Notes: generated by a model from the sequence alone, not told the origin. 64,000 nucleotides of DNA from an uncultured Planctomycetaceae bacterium (GCA_963785305.1 CAWAUV010000004.1:384001-448000), one strand, 5' to 3'. Numbered from the stretch's first letter, positions 49,770-61,798 are shown. A program made the numbers and translations.

Positions 49770-52700
49770 TTATTTCTTCGCCTCCTTGAGGCTTTCCAGA
49801 TATGCGATCAGATCGGCGAAGTTTTCCAGCGTCATGCCGTCTTTCAGCCCGTTGGGCATTAGCGACAGGTTGCTCTCATGGCGCTCTTCGATCTCCGCTG
49901 CCGGCAGCCGGGTGACGCGGCCCTCGGCATCGAGCAGTTCCAGCGACTCGGGCCCCTCGCTCCGCACGATTCCGGCCAGCACCTTGCCTGAGTCGGTCAC
50001 GATCGTGGTGACGCGATAGCCGTCGAGCACGCGGTTCGAGGGCTCGAGCACCGAGCGAACCAACTCTTCGCGTGGATATTTCACGCCCACGCCCACGAGG
50101 TCGGGCCCAATCTTGCCGCCCTCGCCACCCACGGCGTGACATTTCACGCACCCGATGCCTTTCGTATCGTAAAACAATGCCCGCCCGCGCTGGGCGTCGC
50201 CCGGGTGTTTGCCGGCAAAGTCGCGATAGTCGCCGGTATCGAGTTGCTTGGGAGCGTTTTCATGCAAGAAGGCGAACTTCGGGTTTTTCGTGCCCACGGC
50301 GAGGCTGAAATCCCAGGGCCCGCCGTCGTTGCCCACGAGCATCCAGATATCGTTGTCGCCCTGGTTCAAGTGGACTTCACCGCGCTGCGATTCGGCATGC
50401 CAGCCGCGGTTTCCGGCAAATTCGGCGACCTTTCGACCATTGATCCAGAGCATCATTTGGTCGTCGCTGCCGAGCACATAGCTCGAGTCGGCCGGCGAGT
50501 CGAGCGTGATACGGGCATAGGCCAGCGCCCAGGCGTTGTCGTGGGGCTCCATTCGCCGCTCGAGCGACACTCGGCCGCCGGGCCCTTCCCCCTTCATTTC
50601 GCGCCACGAGAGCGGCTTGCCCCGCACCGCGATCGGCGCCGCGCCGGGCGCTCCCGCGCCGAGATCGAGGGCAGCGGCAGTTCTTTACTCCAGGAGTCCG
50701 ACACCTGCCATTTCATGATCGGCTTGGGTAGGTCGAACACAGTAAGCAGTTCGCCGAAGACCGACTTCGGCAATTCATTGCGCGCATGGAGCGCAAGCAG
50801 ATCGTCGCTTACCGCGTCGCGCAGCGAGGCCATCGCTTTGCGGGCCGCGTCGCGTCGCGTTGAATTCTTGCTGCCCAACGCATCGAGATACACGGCCAGC
50901 GCTCGCCGGTCGGGCATTGCCAAGAGGGTGTCGATCGCGTCGTCGCGGGTCGCTTCTTCGCGGGCAAGTTCGAGCAGCCGCGTTTCGGCGGCCAGATACT
51001 TGAGCTCGCCAATCTGTTTGATGGCGGCCCGACGAACTTCGGCCTCGGGGTCATTGAGCCCAAGGGCCACTTGGGGACCGGCCGCTTCGCCGCGCGAGCT
51101 GGCAAAGGCGCCGATCGCCGCCGCACGCACCGCCGCTCGCGCATCGGAAAGCAATCTCTCGACGGCCTGCCGTCCCTCGGGCCCGAGGTCCTTGGTTTTC
51201 GCGACCTCGAGCGCCGCGAGCACAAGCGGCGTGGGGCACTCGGTGTTCGCGAGCGCATGCACGACCGCGTCGCGGGCCGGGCCTTCGAGTTTTTGCTGGC
51301 CCGCGAGCCAGGCGAAAGCGCTTACCCGCGCGCTGTCGGAGACCGACTTGTCGTTGGCCAGGTCGACGAAAAGTTTTTCGGCCTCGGGGTCGCGAATGTC
51401 TTCGAATGCCTTGATTGCCGCGGCGCACGGTTGTTCTTGACCGGCGAGCAGCGCGTCGCGCAGCGTGTTCATCACCAAGCTCGTGCCCGACCATTCGATA
51501 TCCTTCGGGCGGCGTGGCTTGCCCATGGCCGGTCGAGTGCCCCACCAGCCTTCGATATAGGGCGCCGCCTTGTGATGGACCTCGGCGATCGCGGTGATCG
51601 CCGCGGCGCGAGTTGCTTCGTCAGGGGTTCGCTTGGCCAGCGCCGCCAGGGCCCCGACCGCGGCGTCGTCGTACACGCCGGTGAGCGCCAGCAGCGTGGC
51701 GGCGCGCACATCGGGACTCGGCGAATCGAGATTCCTCGCCACACCGCTCCAATCGCCGATCGCCCGCAGGGCCTGAACCATGGCGAAGCGCGCGAACGTG
51801 TCTTGCTCCGAGAGCGCGGCCAAGAGCGGCGCGGCGGCGGCCCGATCGCCCAAGCGGCCGAGCCCAATGGCCGCCCACATGCGCACCGTGGGCGAGGCGT
51901 CGCTCAGACAGGCAATGAGCGGCTTAACCGCCGACTTCACGCGACGCAAACCGAGCGCGCGAGCCGCTTGGGCCCGCACCTCGGTCTCGGCGTCTTTGAG
52001 AGCCGCGACCCAGTCGTTCGCGGGATCGAAAGGCGGTTGGCGATCGATCCACTGGTTTTGGGTCCAGATCGCGTGGATGCGGGCCATTTTCGGACCGCCA
52101 CCGTGGAGCGCGGCGGCCACGGCCGGCGCCGCCGAAGTTCCCAAGCGAGCGAGCGCCCACTCGGCGCGCAGGCGTTCGCTCTTGGCCGGATGCCCGAGCG
52201 AGCGAATCTGATCGGCCAACGGCGCGGCGTCGGTCGCGCGAGCCGGTTCGGGCGGAACATCGCCGCCCGTATATGTCACGCGGTAAAGCCGGCCCTTGAC
52301 CGTGGGGCGAACCCAGCCGGCATAGTTCCAGTCGGCCACATACATATGTTTGCCATCGGGACTGAAGCAAAGATCGAGCGGTCGAAATTCCTCGCCGCCC
52401 TCGCGAATCATGAAGTCGCTGATTTCCGAGGTAAACGTGGCGCCGCTCGGCGCGAGGGCAAACCGCTGTACCTTGCCCTTGCCCCATTCGCAGTGAAACG
52501 CGTTTTCGCGATATTCCGCCGGCCAAGCCGCTTCACAATAGCAGGCCGCTCCCACCGGCGAGCCGCCGCCATGTTCGCTCATCCGCGGCAAGTGACGCTC
52601 GGGATGCGGATGATAATCGTAGGGATATCCGTAGTAGCCCGTGGGCACATGATGCGTGAAGCGCGTCCACCAGCCGACCCCGTCGTCGGTGTTGTCGTAG

Positions 52701-53398
52701 GTAAAGATATTGTCGAGCGAATCCATCGCCACATCCAAGTGGTTGCGAGTGCCGCTCGACACGATTTCGAGTCGCGAGCCATCGGGGCGCATACGCGCCA
52801 CGCCGCCGCCCTCGAGCGTGATCGTGCCGCCATCGCTACCGGTCGCTTTCTGAATGCCCTTGTCGCCCACCGAGACATAGATCAAACCATCGAGCCCGAT
52901 ACGCGTGCCGGTGACGATGTGGTCGTTGAAGCCAAACACGCCGGCCTTGGGACCAAAGCCATCGGCCAATTCCTCGCGCTCATCGGCCACGCCATCGCCA
53001 TTGGTATCGCGAAAGCGGGTGTAATGCGGGGCATGCATCACATAGAGCGCGCCCTCATGCCACACGAGCCCAAACACGGCCGAGAGATTCTCGCAAAACA
53101 CGGTTTTCACCGGCTTGCCGGTCGCGCGGTCCCAGCGAAAAAGCAGCACCCGATCGAATTCCTTGGTGGTCGGGCCGCGCATATCCATCGGGTCTTCGCC
53201 CACATAGAGGTTGCCCTCGGGATCGCAGGTGACGACCGACGGATGCTCGATCTCCGGCGGCGATGCTAGCAGTTCGATCTGAAAGCCGGGCGCCGTGATT
53301 TGCTGACCGTGCGCCGCGCCGGCCGCCAGACCGACTCCGCAACCAAGGATCGCGATCCAAAAAATGCGCGAAGACGACAATCGCGAACGAAACGACAT
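49770..53398 (-). CDS. PVC-type haem-binding CxxCH protein: beta-propeller dehydrogenase-like domain, HEAT repeats and cytochrome c (indel near ~50640)
   Basis: Signal peptide, DTNGDGVAD, GTRN, FRPLD..DGKHMYVADW, HEAT repeats (VRAQAARALG), CVKCH, IGPDL, SLMPNGL. Confidence 0.88.
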
Positions 53399-53727
53399 GG
53401 AACCACGCTTTCTAGGAATGCTAGCTGGCCAGCGCGGGCCGGCGGGAATTCGAGGCGGGAACTCGGGGGGGCAGTAACTCGGCGGGGGGAAAAACTCGCG
53501 GGGCCAAGCGATGCGGTAACCGCGCCGAGACAAGATCGGCGCGCCGCGCGGGCCAAAATCGCTTGCGAGTTGAATCTAAATAGAGAAGTCCGCGAGGTCA
53601 AATTCTTTCGGGCATTTTGGCGGCGGACGCCGGAACTGAGCTTCAGGCGAGGCTCGAATTCTGGCATACTTCGCGGCCCTCGGCGGCGGCCCTCTCGGTT
53701 CAATCGCGGCGCGCATGGTTTCGCTTC

Positions 53728-55029
53728 ATGAAAATCTTCTTCTCGGCGGGCGAGCCCAGCGGCGATCTCCACGGCGCCAACCTGATTCGCGCTCTCGGGG
53801 ACCAATGTCCCGATCTCCAGGCCGTGGGCTATGGCGGACCGCGAATGGCCGAGGCAGGCTGCCGCTTGCATGCCGATCTGACCGCCCTGGCCGTGATGTG
53901 GATTTTGCGGGCACTCTTGAACCTGCACAAATTTCTCGATCTGGCCGCGCGGGCCGACCGCTATTTTCGCCGCGAGCGTCCCGACGCCGTGGTGCTGGTC
54001 GACTTTCCGGGCTTCAACTGGTGGATTGCCCGGCGGGCCAAATTCCATGGTATTCCGGTGTTTTACTATGCTCCGCCACAGATTTGGGCCTGGGCCAGTC
54101 ATCGCGTGCATAAAATGCGACGGCTGGTCGATCATGTGCTGGCGGCGCTGCCGTTCGAGGCGCGCTGGCTCACGGAGCGCGGTTGCCGCGCCACGTTCGT
54201 GGGGCATCCCTATTTCGATTCGCTCGAAAGCCAATCGCTCGACGAAACCTTCGTCGCTCGTTCTCGCGATCCCTCACGCCCCCTGGTGCTGATCTTGCCC
54301 GGCTCGCGCAATCAAGAGCTTACGCACAATCTCGAGAGCCTGCTGCGGGCCGCCAAGCACGTTGCCCTCGCGCTGCCCGAGACACGCTTCGCGGTGGCGG
54401 CCTTCAAGCCCACCCATGCCGAAGCGGCGGCGCGCGAGGCCAAGGCGATCGGTCTCGAAGCCGAAGTGTACTCGGGCCGCACGCCCGAGCTGATTCATCT
54501 GGCCGACGCGAGCTTCGCGGTGTCGGGCTCGGTATCGCTCGAGTTGCTGTACCACGCCACGCCGAGCGTGATTCTGTATCGCATCGGTCCGCTGGCCTAT
54601 CGGCTGCAAGCGTGGTTTCGCCATGTGCGATATATCACGCTGGTGAACTTGCTCGCCGCGGACGATATCTTTTATCCGCGCCGAACCGGTTCGGCGGCCA
54701 GTTCGGCGCCGGCCGCGAATGCGGACGACGCGCCGCTGTTTCCCGAGTTCGTCACCTCGCGCGATCGCTCCGCGGAGATGGCCGCGCATGTGATCGGTTG
54801 GCTGCGCGATTCGGATCGCCGCGAGGCGCTCGTGCGGCGGCTCGAATCGCTGCGCGATCAAGTGGCGCATGGCGGCGCTTGTCGGCGGGCGGCCGAAATC
54901 ATTCTCGAAGAAGCAAAGCCGAAAGCCCGGCCGACGCCGCGACCACATTATGCGCCGCCGGCCAATACGGAAAACTCGCCCGAAGCGAGGAGTCCGTCGC
55001 CGGGGAATCCGATTCGGCAGGCGGCATGA
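53728..55029 (+). CDS. lpxB: Lipid-A-disaccharide synthase
   Basis: AGEPSGDLHG, VDFPGFN, PQIWAW, LPFE, FVGHP, LPGSR, SGSVSLEL, ITLVNLL. Confidence 0.95.
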   Translation: MKIFFSAGEPSGDLHGANLIRALGDQCPDLQAVGYGGPRMAEAGCRLHADLTALAVMWILRALLNLHKFLDLAARADRYFRRERPDAVVLVDFPGFNWWIARRAKFHGIPVFYYAPPQIWAWASHRVHKMRRLVDHVLAALPFEARWLTERGCRATFVGHPYFDSLESQSLDETFVARSRDPSRPLVLILPGSRNQELTHNLESLLRAAKHVALALPETRFAVAAFKPTHAEAAAREAKAIGLEAEVYSGRTPELIHLADASFAVSGSVSLELLYHATPSVILYRIGPLAYRLQAWFRHVRYITLVNLLAADDIFYPRRTGSAASSAPAANADDAPLFPEFVTSRDRSAEMAAHVIGWLRDSDRREALVRRLESLRDQVAHGGACRRAAEIILEEAKPKARPTPRPHYAPPANTENSPEARSPSPGNPIRQAA

Positions 55030-55078
55030 GACCTCGGGGCCGCTTGGGCACGATGATCGAAACAAGGTAGCCGCATCC

Positions 55079-57084
55079 ATGCTTGAGCGCCGCGCGATTC
55101 CTCCGATGTTTGTCGCGGCGCGCGGCTGGCCGCGACGAGCCCCCTGGGGACTTCTCTCGGGAGTCGCGTTCGCGGCGCTCTTGATTTCGCCGGCGTTCGT
55201 CGATGGCTTTGCCTGCGACGATCTCTTGAACGCCTCGACGCGCGGCAATTGCCGCCTCGCGGGGCAGACGATCACGCAATACCTCGCGGAGCAGGTTCAT
55301 GGCAGCATCTGCGCCGGCCGCATGTATCCGCTGGCGATCGTGCTGACCTATGGCGTGCATTACTTGGCGCCGAGCCCCGCGGCGTTTCATGCCTTTTCGT
55401 ATCTGCTGACGCTCCTCGATGTCGCGCTTTTTTACGCCCTGCTTCGCGCCTGGCGGTTCGAAGCCGCGATTGCCACTTGGGCAACGCTCTTTCTGGCGAT
55501 CTTGTTTCAGCTCCGGGTGTTTTACGATCCGATCATGCAGTTCGCGGGCCTCTTGCCCGGCGCCACCGCGGCGATTTTGCTTGCGCTGGTGGCCTTCGAG
55601 CGATATCTCGCGGGGCGGAGGGCTGGCTGGCTGCTCGTGTGTCTCGTCGCTTTTGCCGCGGGGCTTTTGACGTATGAAGTCACGTTCATGGTCACGCCGG
55701 CGTTTGTGATCGCGGCTCGGAGGCATCGGAGCCGCTGGCGCGACGCCGTCTCGGCGGCCCACTATCCGCTGACACTGGCCATCGCGCTCGCGATGTTCAC
55801 GCTTGGCCTTCGCTATCAGGCCGGCTTGAGCGAGGAGAACCCGTACAACCCGCATTTCGACCTGGCGGCGATCGCCATGGCGACGTTCTGGCAAGCCTCG
55901 TCGGCGGCGCCGATGAGTTATGCGCTCGTGAGCCCGCACCGTGTCGACAACATGTGTCATTGGCAATTGTTTTCGACCTGGCAGAACTGGGCGATGCTGC
56001 TGCTGGCCGGCGCGCTGAGCGGAATGTGCGCCAACAAATGCCCAGGGCCCTCCACGCGGCAAGACGCCACGGAACGCGCGCGCAAGCGCCCTTGGGTTCA
56101 CCGCCGGGGTTGGGGCTTGTGGCGCTCTTGGGCGCCGTGGTGTGGATTCTGCCCGGCGCGCTTTTGGCGCTCTCGGGCAAGTATCAGCGCGTCGTCGGGC
56201 CCGGCCTGGGATACTTGCCAGTGTTTTTGCAGGCATTTGGCCTCGCGATCTTGGCCGCGGCGGCGGTGGCCTGGGTCCGGGCAAGAATGCCGGAGCGTTG
56301 GCCGCGAATCGCGGTGGGCATCGTCGTTTTCCAGGCCGCCGCGGCAATGCTCACCTATGAATCGAATCGAACCGTGGCTCGGCGACTCAATGGCGATCCC
56401 AATGTGCGGGACATGGCCCTGCTCGACGCGGCGTTTCGCGCGGGAGTGTGCGACGCCGCGCCGGCCGACGCCACGATCTGGTCGCTCCAGCCGCATCCTT
56501 GGATGGGCGGTGGACCGGACTTGGCTGGCGGCCACTTCTCGACCGCGCTCGGGCGACGCATGAACGGTTTGATCGGCGAACCCGCGCCGGGTTGGCTCAA
56601 GCGAAATCGCCGTCCGGGCGAGATTGCTCCGCCGACATTCGTGCTGAACGATGCCCGACCCGACGGCCGGAGCGCTTATGTGATTTTGGGCGTGGTCGCA
56701 AAAGGAGATGCGCCCGCGGGAATGTCGCCATCATTGTCGGGCGCGGGTAGTTTGCAAAACGAAGCGAGGAGCGAGGATTCCCGCGGCGGCGATTTTCGCG
56801 TTCGCCGTTTTTGGCTGTTTGTCGCCGGAAACTTCGCCCGACTTGCCCATTCGCCGGGGCGCCTGGCGGCGACGGTTGTCGAGCGCGACGCGACGGGAGA
56901 TTATGTTGCGCCGGTAGTCGAGCCCTTGGACCTCGCATCGCTCGAAACCGTGTCTTGCTCCGATCAAGGGCTGGTGCTCGCTGGCGAGTTTGCCGAAGCG
57001 GTTGACCTTTCGCGGTTCCGCGTGCTTACGCTGGATCGCGATGATGCGAGCGTGGTTCGCTCCGAGGAACCAGCAAGGCGCTGA
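55079..57084 (+). CDS. Multi-TM membrane protein, GT-C fold glycosyltransferase-like (indel near ~56050-56110)
   Basis: About 12 hydrophobic segments, acidic DD in the first loop (GFACDD), GRxYP and TYE motifs, soluble C-terminal domain. Confidence 0.55.
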
Positions 57085-57199
57085 GCGTCAGGTCGTTTTC
57101 GCAATATCGGAATCTCGCTCTATTCAAAACTATGGGTTCAGTCATAATGGCTCGACCAATGCTTGATTGGAGAGCATTTCAATCACTGAAGGAGTGCCG

Positions 57200-58178
57200 A
57201 TGAGCATCGCCAAGTCTCCCGTCCAACGCCAAGCTCGTCGGAAATATGAACCCGTGGGCGAAGCCGCGGTCGGGCGGGCTCTCGCGCGGCCCTCGGCGGT
57301 GACGGGCCGGATTGTTTGGCGCGATGCCGCGCCGATCGCGGTCTTGCATCTCGCCGCGCTTAGCGTGTTTTGGCCCTGGCTGTTTAGCTGGTCGGGCCTC
57401 GCGCTGTTCGTGTTTGGCGTCTACTTCTACGGTGGGCTGGGAATCAATATCGCCTACCACCGCATGCTCACGCATCGCAGCTTCAAGACTCCGCGGTGGC
57501 TCGAGCGCCTGCTTGGTGCTGGTGGCGCTCTGCTGCCTGGAAGACGCGCCGGGCAGTTGGGTGGCGACCCATCGGGCCCATCACCACGAGACCGACGAAC
57601 AGCCCGACCCGCACTCGCCGCTGGTGAGCTTCTTCTGGAGCCACATGGGCTGGCTGCTAGTCGAGAATCGCGATGTGCGCTGCTACAACGCTTATGAGCG
57701 CTTTGCCCGCGATGTGCTACGCGATCCGTTTTATATGCGATTGCAACGTTCCATGCTGCCGCTGTGGATCTATGCGCTGCATGCGTTGGTATATTACGTG
57801 GCTGGTTTCGCGGTGGGCTATTTTGCCTTGGGCGGCGTGGCCGCGGGCGTGCGTTGCGGGTTGAGCTGGGTTGCCTGGGGCGTGGTGCTGCGAACCGTGT
57901 GTGTGTGGCATATCAGTTGGACCGTGAATTCGCTCTCGCACATGTTCGGTTATCGCAATTACGAAACCACGGATCGCAGTCGCAACAATTGGCTGGTGGC
58001 GCTGCTCACCAGCGGCGAGGGCTGGCACAACAATCATCACATCGACCCGGCCAGCGCCAGCAACCATCATCGCTGGTGGGAGATCGACCCGATGTGGATG
58101 ATCATTCGCGGCCTCGAAATGGTCGGCCTCGCGACCGACGTGGTGCGCCCCGACACATTCGCCATCAGACCCGGCTGA
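57200..58178 (+). CDS. Membrane fatty-acid (acyl-CoA delta-9 type) desaturase (indel near ~57510)
   Basis: His boxes HRMLTH, HRAHH, HNNHH; DPHSP, NSLSH, GEGWHNNHH, WWEID. Confidence 0.92.
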
Positions 58179-58458
58179 ATTCGCAATAGCGTCGTGTCTC
58201 GGGAGGCGGCTTTCGGAATCATTTCGGTCCGTCGCTCCTTCGCGTTTCCGCGTCTCGGCATGAGCCCTTTTCGGAAAAAACCGCGCGAGGGAAGCGAACT
58301 CCGGTCTCGCCCATTTGGCGTGGCGGGATGAATGCACTATATTAGTGCCAGTCATCGTCAGTGCCAGTCATCGAGGATCAGCGCGGCCGACCAGAATCGG
58401 GCCTCGGAGGGATCGCGGCGGGCGATGGGCAGGCCGCGAGATCATGGAGGAGCGGAGC

Positions 58459-58779
58459 ATGAAACGTGTCCGAAAACCCAAGCCGCTGTGGGTCACGCTG
58501 GGCCGGTTCTCGCCCCGCGGTAATTACTGGTACCTGCTCAGTTCGATTCGACCGCACGACCCCGATCGGCTGGTCGAAATGCCGGAACTCTCGGAAACTC
58601 GCTCCTTCCGCCCCGCCGTGTTCGAGCAAATGACCGGCATGCGACTCCGCCGCGGCGAATCGGCGCGGGTGACATTCGCGCTCGAATGTTGGGAGCCCAA
58701 ATCACCAAGCCGCGGGCGGGCAAAGCGGGCCACGATCGCGGAAGCAAAGGAATTCAGCCCGGCGAAAATCGGCGTCTGA
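58459..58779 (+). CDS. Hypothetical basic protein
   Basis: ATG behind ggaggagcggag RBS, 106 aa, no recognised motif. Confidence 0.55.
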   Translation: MKRVRKPKPLWVTLGRFSPRGNYWYLLSSIRPHDPDRLVEMPELSETRSFRPAVFEQMTGMRLRRGESARVTFALECWEPKSPSRGRAKRATIAEAKEFSPAKIGV

Positions 58780-59464
58780 GCCGCGCTCGCGCGTCGCCGT
58801 CGCCTGCTGCTCCGTTTTCTCACGTGGTGTCGTCGAGTCGTCATTTCCGTCGCGGAGAGGCAACTTCTCGTCGCTAACTCGACAAAGACATTTTTCACCA
58901 CGACGGGCACGACGGCACAACGATGACATTTAAAACAGCGAGACCCGAACCGACCGGCGCATTAGCATCGCCACATGCTCTTTCTTCCGCGTCGAGTCCC
59001 CGTGCGGCGCCGATTCTTACCGACGCGGCACAGTTTGAATTCTTTTGAGGAGCTTTAAGGGCTTATCCGGCAACCCCGCGCCAGCATTGAAATTGCCGCC
59101 AAAATCGCGTGCTGCCATGGGTTCCCGGATAGGTTCTAAACCAGATCCTGGCCGTGATGCGTCATTTGAGAACGGCAGCAACTTCGCGTCGTGCCCCGCA
59201 CCGAAGGCGTTTCGCCTCGCCCGGCGTGGAACCTTGATCCGCGTCCAACGCATTTGCAAAACGAAACAACGGTTGCAGACGCTAAAGATGAGCTCCAAGC
59301 ACTTGGCTCAACGCGCCGAAATCCGCTGCATTGCTTGGACTTGACCAGAACGCGCCCATGTTAGCTCTTTTCCGGTTTGAGCAACGTGACCGTTCCCCCG
59401 AATTCGTAGGCAGGGAGTGCCGGATCTATTGGAGTTTGGCGGGGACGTTTGGCGGACGAGGAGG

Positions 59465-60385
59465 TCATGGGTTATTGTGTACTGACACGCCGACGCGAAA
59501 TGCGCGGTGCCGTCGGTTATGGCCGCTGCAATTCAAAAAAAGCTTCCAAATCGCTTTTTTCAACAAATGCTTCGCTCGGCCGCCGATCCGGTCAAAGCGG
59601 ATTTGTTCGGAGTACGATAGATCACGAAGATCGTAACTGCCGTGCGAATATAACGCCAACGTGTCTCGAATATCGTGGTACTGTTTCAACAACGACCAAG
59701 TCGGGAAATCATCCTCAACAAGCGGCAACATTGCAATAAATGCCATTTCTAAGCCTTTTGTTGCGTTGGCGGACAACAACAACGCTTCCACGGCAAGGGC
59801 TAGTCGTCTGATGCAGCCGTCGTCTATTTCCTCAGAATCGCGAGCTGCTCGGCTATGCTCCTGCGCAGTGTTCCCCAAGCAAGCTATGACGCCCTCTACG
59901 GGCGATACGTTTTTTCGCGTTCGCTTCCTCATTTTATCGAGTACCGTTTGAATCTCTTCGTCTTGTTTTAGGCTATCGAGAATTTTGCGATATGCCTCTT
60001 GAAGTTCTCTTGCCGTGCTAGATAAGGTCCAATCTTCCCAAATCGGTCTACGGGAATCGATTGCGAAATTTTCATGCCATGCTGAATCAAGAGCCACAAT
60101 AACTGGTCTGGGCGCGTCCTCAAACTGGTCGGCTGTTATATCCGCGCTCACTCCTTCTTTCTCGAGCCAAGCATGCGTGCGATCGTCTCGATTTCCGCAT
60201 ACGTAGATCCAGCCGGGCGACCCGTTTTCGCTAAGAAAGCGCCCGAGGACGTCACTCGCATCGCCGCACGAGCCGAACGGGAAGTCTTTGAACGCGATAT
60301 AGGTGAGCGTGGGCCTGCAACGCTCAATCGCATGGCGAAATGCCATTGCGACGGCCGCGACCGGCAACATCTCTTCGTTGGACAT
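59465..60385 (-). CDS. Two-domain protein: papain/transglutaminase-like Cys-His-Asp domain plus HEPN-like domain, in lower-GC DNA
   Basis: FPFGSCGDAS, HAWLE, DITADQF; then LALAVEALL, YHDIRDTLALYSHG, LLKKAIWKL. Confidence 0.65.
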   Translation of the reverse strand: MSNEEMLPVAAVAMAFRHAIERCRPTLTYIAFKDFPFGSCGDASDVLGRFLSENGSPGWIYVCGNRDDRTHAWLEKEGVSADITADQFEDAPRPVIVALDSAWHENFAIDSRRPIWEDWTLSSTARELQEAYRKILDSLKQDEEIQTVLDKMRKRTRKNVSPVEGVIACLGNTAQEHSRAARDSEEIDDGCIRRLALAVEALLLSANATKGLEMAFIAMLPLVEDDFPTWSLLKQYHDIRDTLALYSHGSYDLRDLSYSEQIRFDRIGGRAKHLLKKAIWKLFLNCSGHNRRHRAFRVGVSVHNNP

Positions 60386-60712
60386 TCGAGTTGCTACCGT
60401 TGTTGAGATACTTCTTTTCGTCGGTCTCTTGCGCGTTGGCCGCTTTCGGCAATTTGCGCGACCCGTATGTCCGACATGAAATTTGCGGAATTTCACAGCG
60501 CGGGATTTGAAGAACCGTCACCGATTTGGAGATTATGGAACATTGTACACAATCATTTTCATATTTGAATCGCTGGTGAATGCCAAGAGCGGCGGCAATG
60601 CGGCAGATGCAAGAGAGCGGAGGCGTGTGGTGAGATGATCCGCGGACGACGCGGAAATTGTCGCGCGGCAATGGCAGCATCAGCGCCGAAATTGGCGACC
60701 TTCCCGAGAGGC

Positions 60713-60792
60713 AAGGATTGGCGGATGAACCGCGCGTGCGGTCCGCCGTTTCCCGCATTTCGTGGCCCGGGACTGGGGCGAGTTGACGAACC
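60713..60792 (-). ncRNA. Candidate structured RNA / repeated element, copy 1
   Basis: 55-nt core is 49/55 identical to 62322-62376. Terminal stem pairs fully on the minus strand using G-U pairs. Confidence 0.55.
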
Positions 60793-60936
60793 TGGATTCT
60801 CGGCCGGGCCCCGCAGCCACGTTGGCTGGCGGAAATGCCCCCTTTTCCGGCTAAACGTCCTCTCGTCGAAACGCCAGCATGTTCGCATATTGCGAATGAC
60901 ATGTCGCGAAAATTGAAAGTTTCCTCGAAATGATGC

Positions 60937-60964
60937 TTGATGTTTTGGGCCGTGCTTTTATACT
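60937..60964 (+). promoter_or_regulatory. Sigma70-like promoter TTGATG-N16-TATACT for the PEP-CTERM gene
   Basis: Read directly, ~80 nt upstream of the start. Confidence 0.5.
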
Positions 60965-61045
60965 AATGATCCTTCTGGTCAAAGATTATCATCGATCAAA
61001 GTCGACTTATCCTCGTCAGCGTTACTCGTCCGGTAGCCTCGTGTG

Positions 61046-61798
61046 ATGAATTGCTTAGCTCGCTTCTGCCCGATTCTTTGCGCGGCGATAGTGGCGCTCG
61101 TGCCCCTGGTCGGATCGGCCGAGATGATCGGCATTCAGTTTCAAGGGAATAGCCAGCCAGTAACCATCGGCTCGGACTATGCGACCGCCGGCGCCGGCGT
61201 TGTGCCCCAGTCGGGCTGGAACGTCGCTGGCACGTCCCCAAACAGTCCGAACGGCGGCGTGGCGATCACCGACAGCCAAGGCAACGCCGCCGGCACGCTC
61301 AACTGGACATCGAGCAACTTGTACGGATCGGGCGCGACCGGCACTTCCACGCAGAACCTGCTCGGCGGTTATTTAGATGACAACAGCAGCCCGAACTCCG
61401 CGACCGTCACCGTCACCAACCTGCCTGCTGGCATCGCGGGAACCGGATCCACGCCGTACAACGTGATCGTTTATCTCGCCGGCGACACCACCGGTCGTGG
61501 TGGTGATTACACGATCAACGGCCAGACCGCCACGCTCGCTGAATTGCAGAATAATTCCTCGTTTGTGCTGGCGACCGCCGGTCCGGCGGGAGTGGGAGGC
61601 ACGCCGGGAAACTATTACGAGTTTTTTAACGTGACCGGCACGACATTGTCGCTGACAACCAATCCGTCTTTCGGCAGCCCAACTCGCACGCCGATCGACG
61701 GAATTCAGATTCTATCCGTTCCGGAACCGGCCAGCCTCACGCTCGTCGGAGTGGGGGCCATCGGAATCTTGACGGTCGCCCGGCGCCGCAAGGCCTGA
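61046..61798 (+). CDS. PEP-CTERM sorting-domain surface protein
   Basis: Signal peptide, Gly/Thr/Asn-rich beta domain (AGVVPQSGWN, GGYLD, IDGIQI), SVPEPAS-TM-RRRKA. Confidence 0.9.
   Translation: MNCLARFCPILCAAIVALVPLVGSAEMIGIQFQGNSQPVTIGSDYATAGAGVVPQSGWNVAGTSPNSPNGGVAITDSQGNAAGTLNWTSSNLYGSGATGTSTQNLLGGYLDDNSSPNSATVTVTNLPAGIAGTGSTPYNVIVYLAGDTTGRGGDYTINGQTATLAELQNNSSFVLATAGPAGVGGTPGNYYEFFNVTGTTLSLTTNPSFGSPTRTPIDGIQILSVPEPASLTLVGVGAIGILTVARRRKA

Noticed and set aside
51071..53269. Long antisense/alternate-frame ORFs (also 13466-14698, 18602-19891, 38118-39443, 54899-56347)
   Set aside because: Shadow ORFs typical of high-GC DNA opposite well-supported genes; Arg/Ala-rich with no motifs.
59017..59460. 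Partner (antitoxin) gene downstream of the protease-HEPN gene
   Set aside because: The minus-strand frames I translated gave only short or motif-less ORFs with no convincing start; cannot support a gene.
60738..60792. Integron attC site or a known riboswitch (ZTP, c-di-GMP, SAM, TPP)
   Set aside because: Lacks RYYYAAC/GTTRRRY boxes, no integrase nearby, and does not match the riboswitch consensus cores I know.
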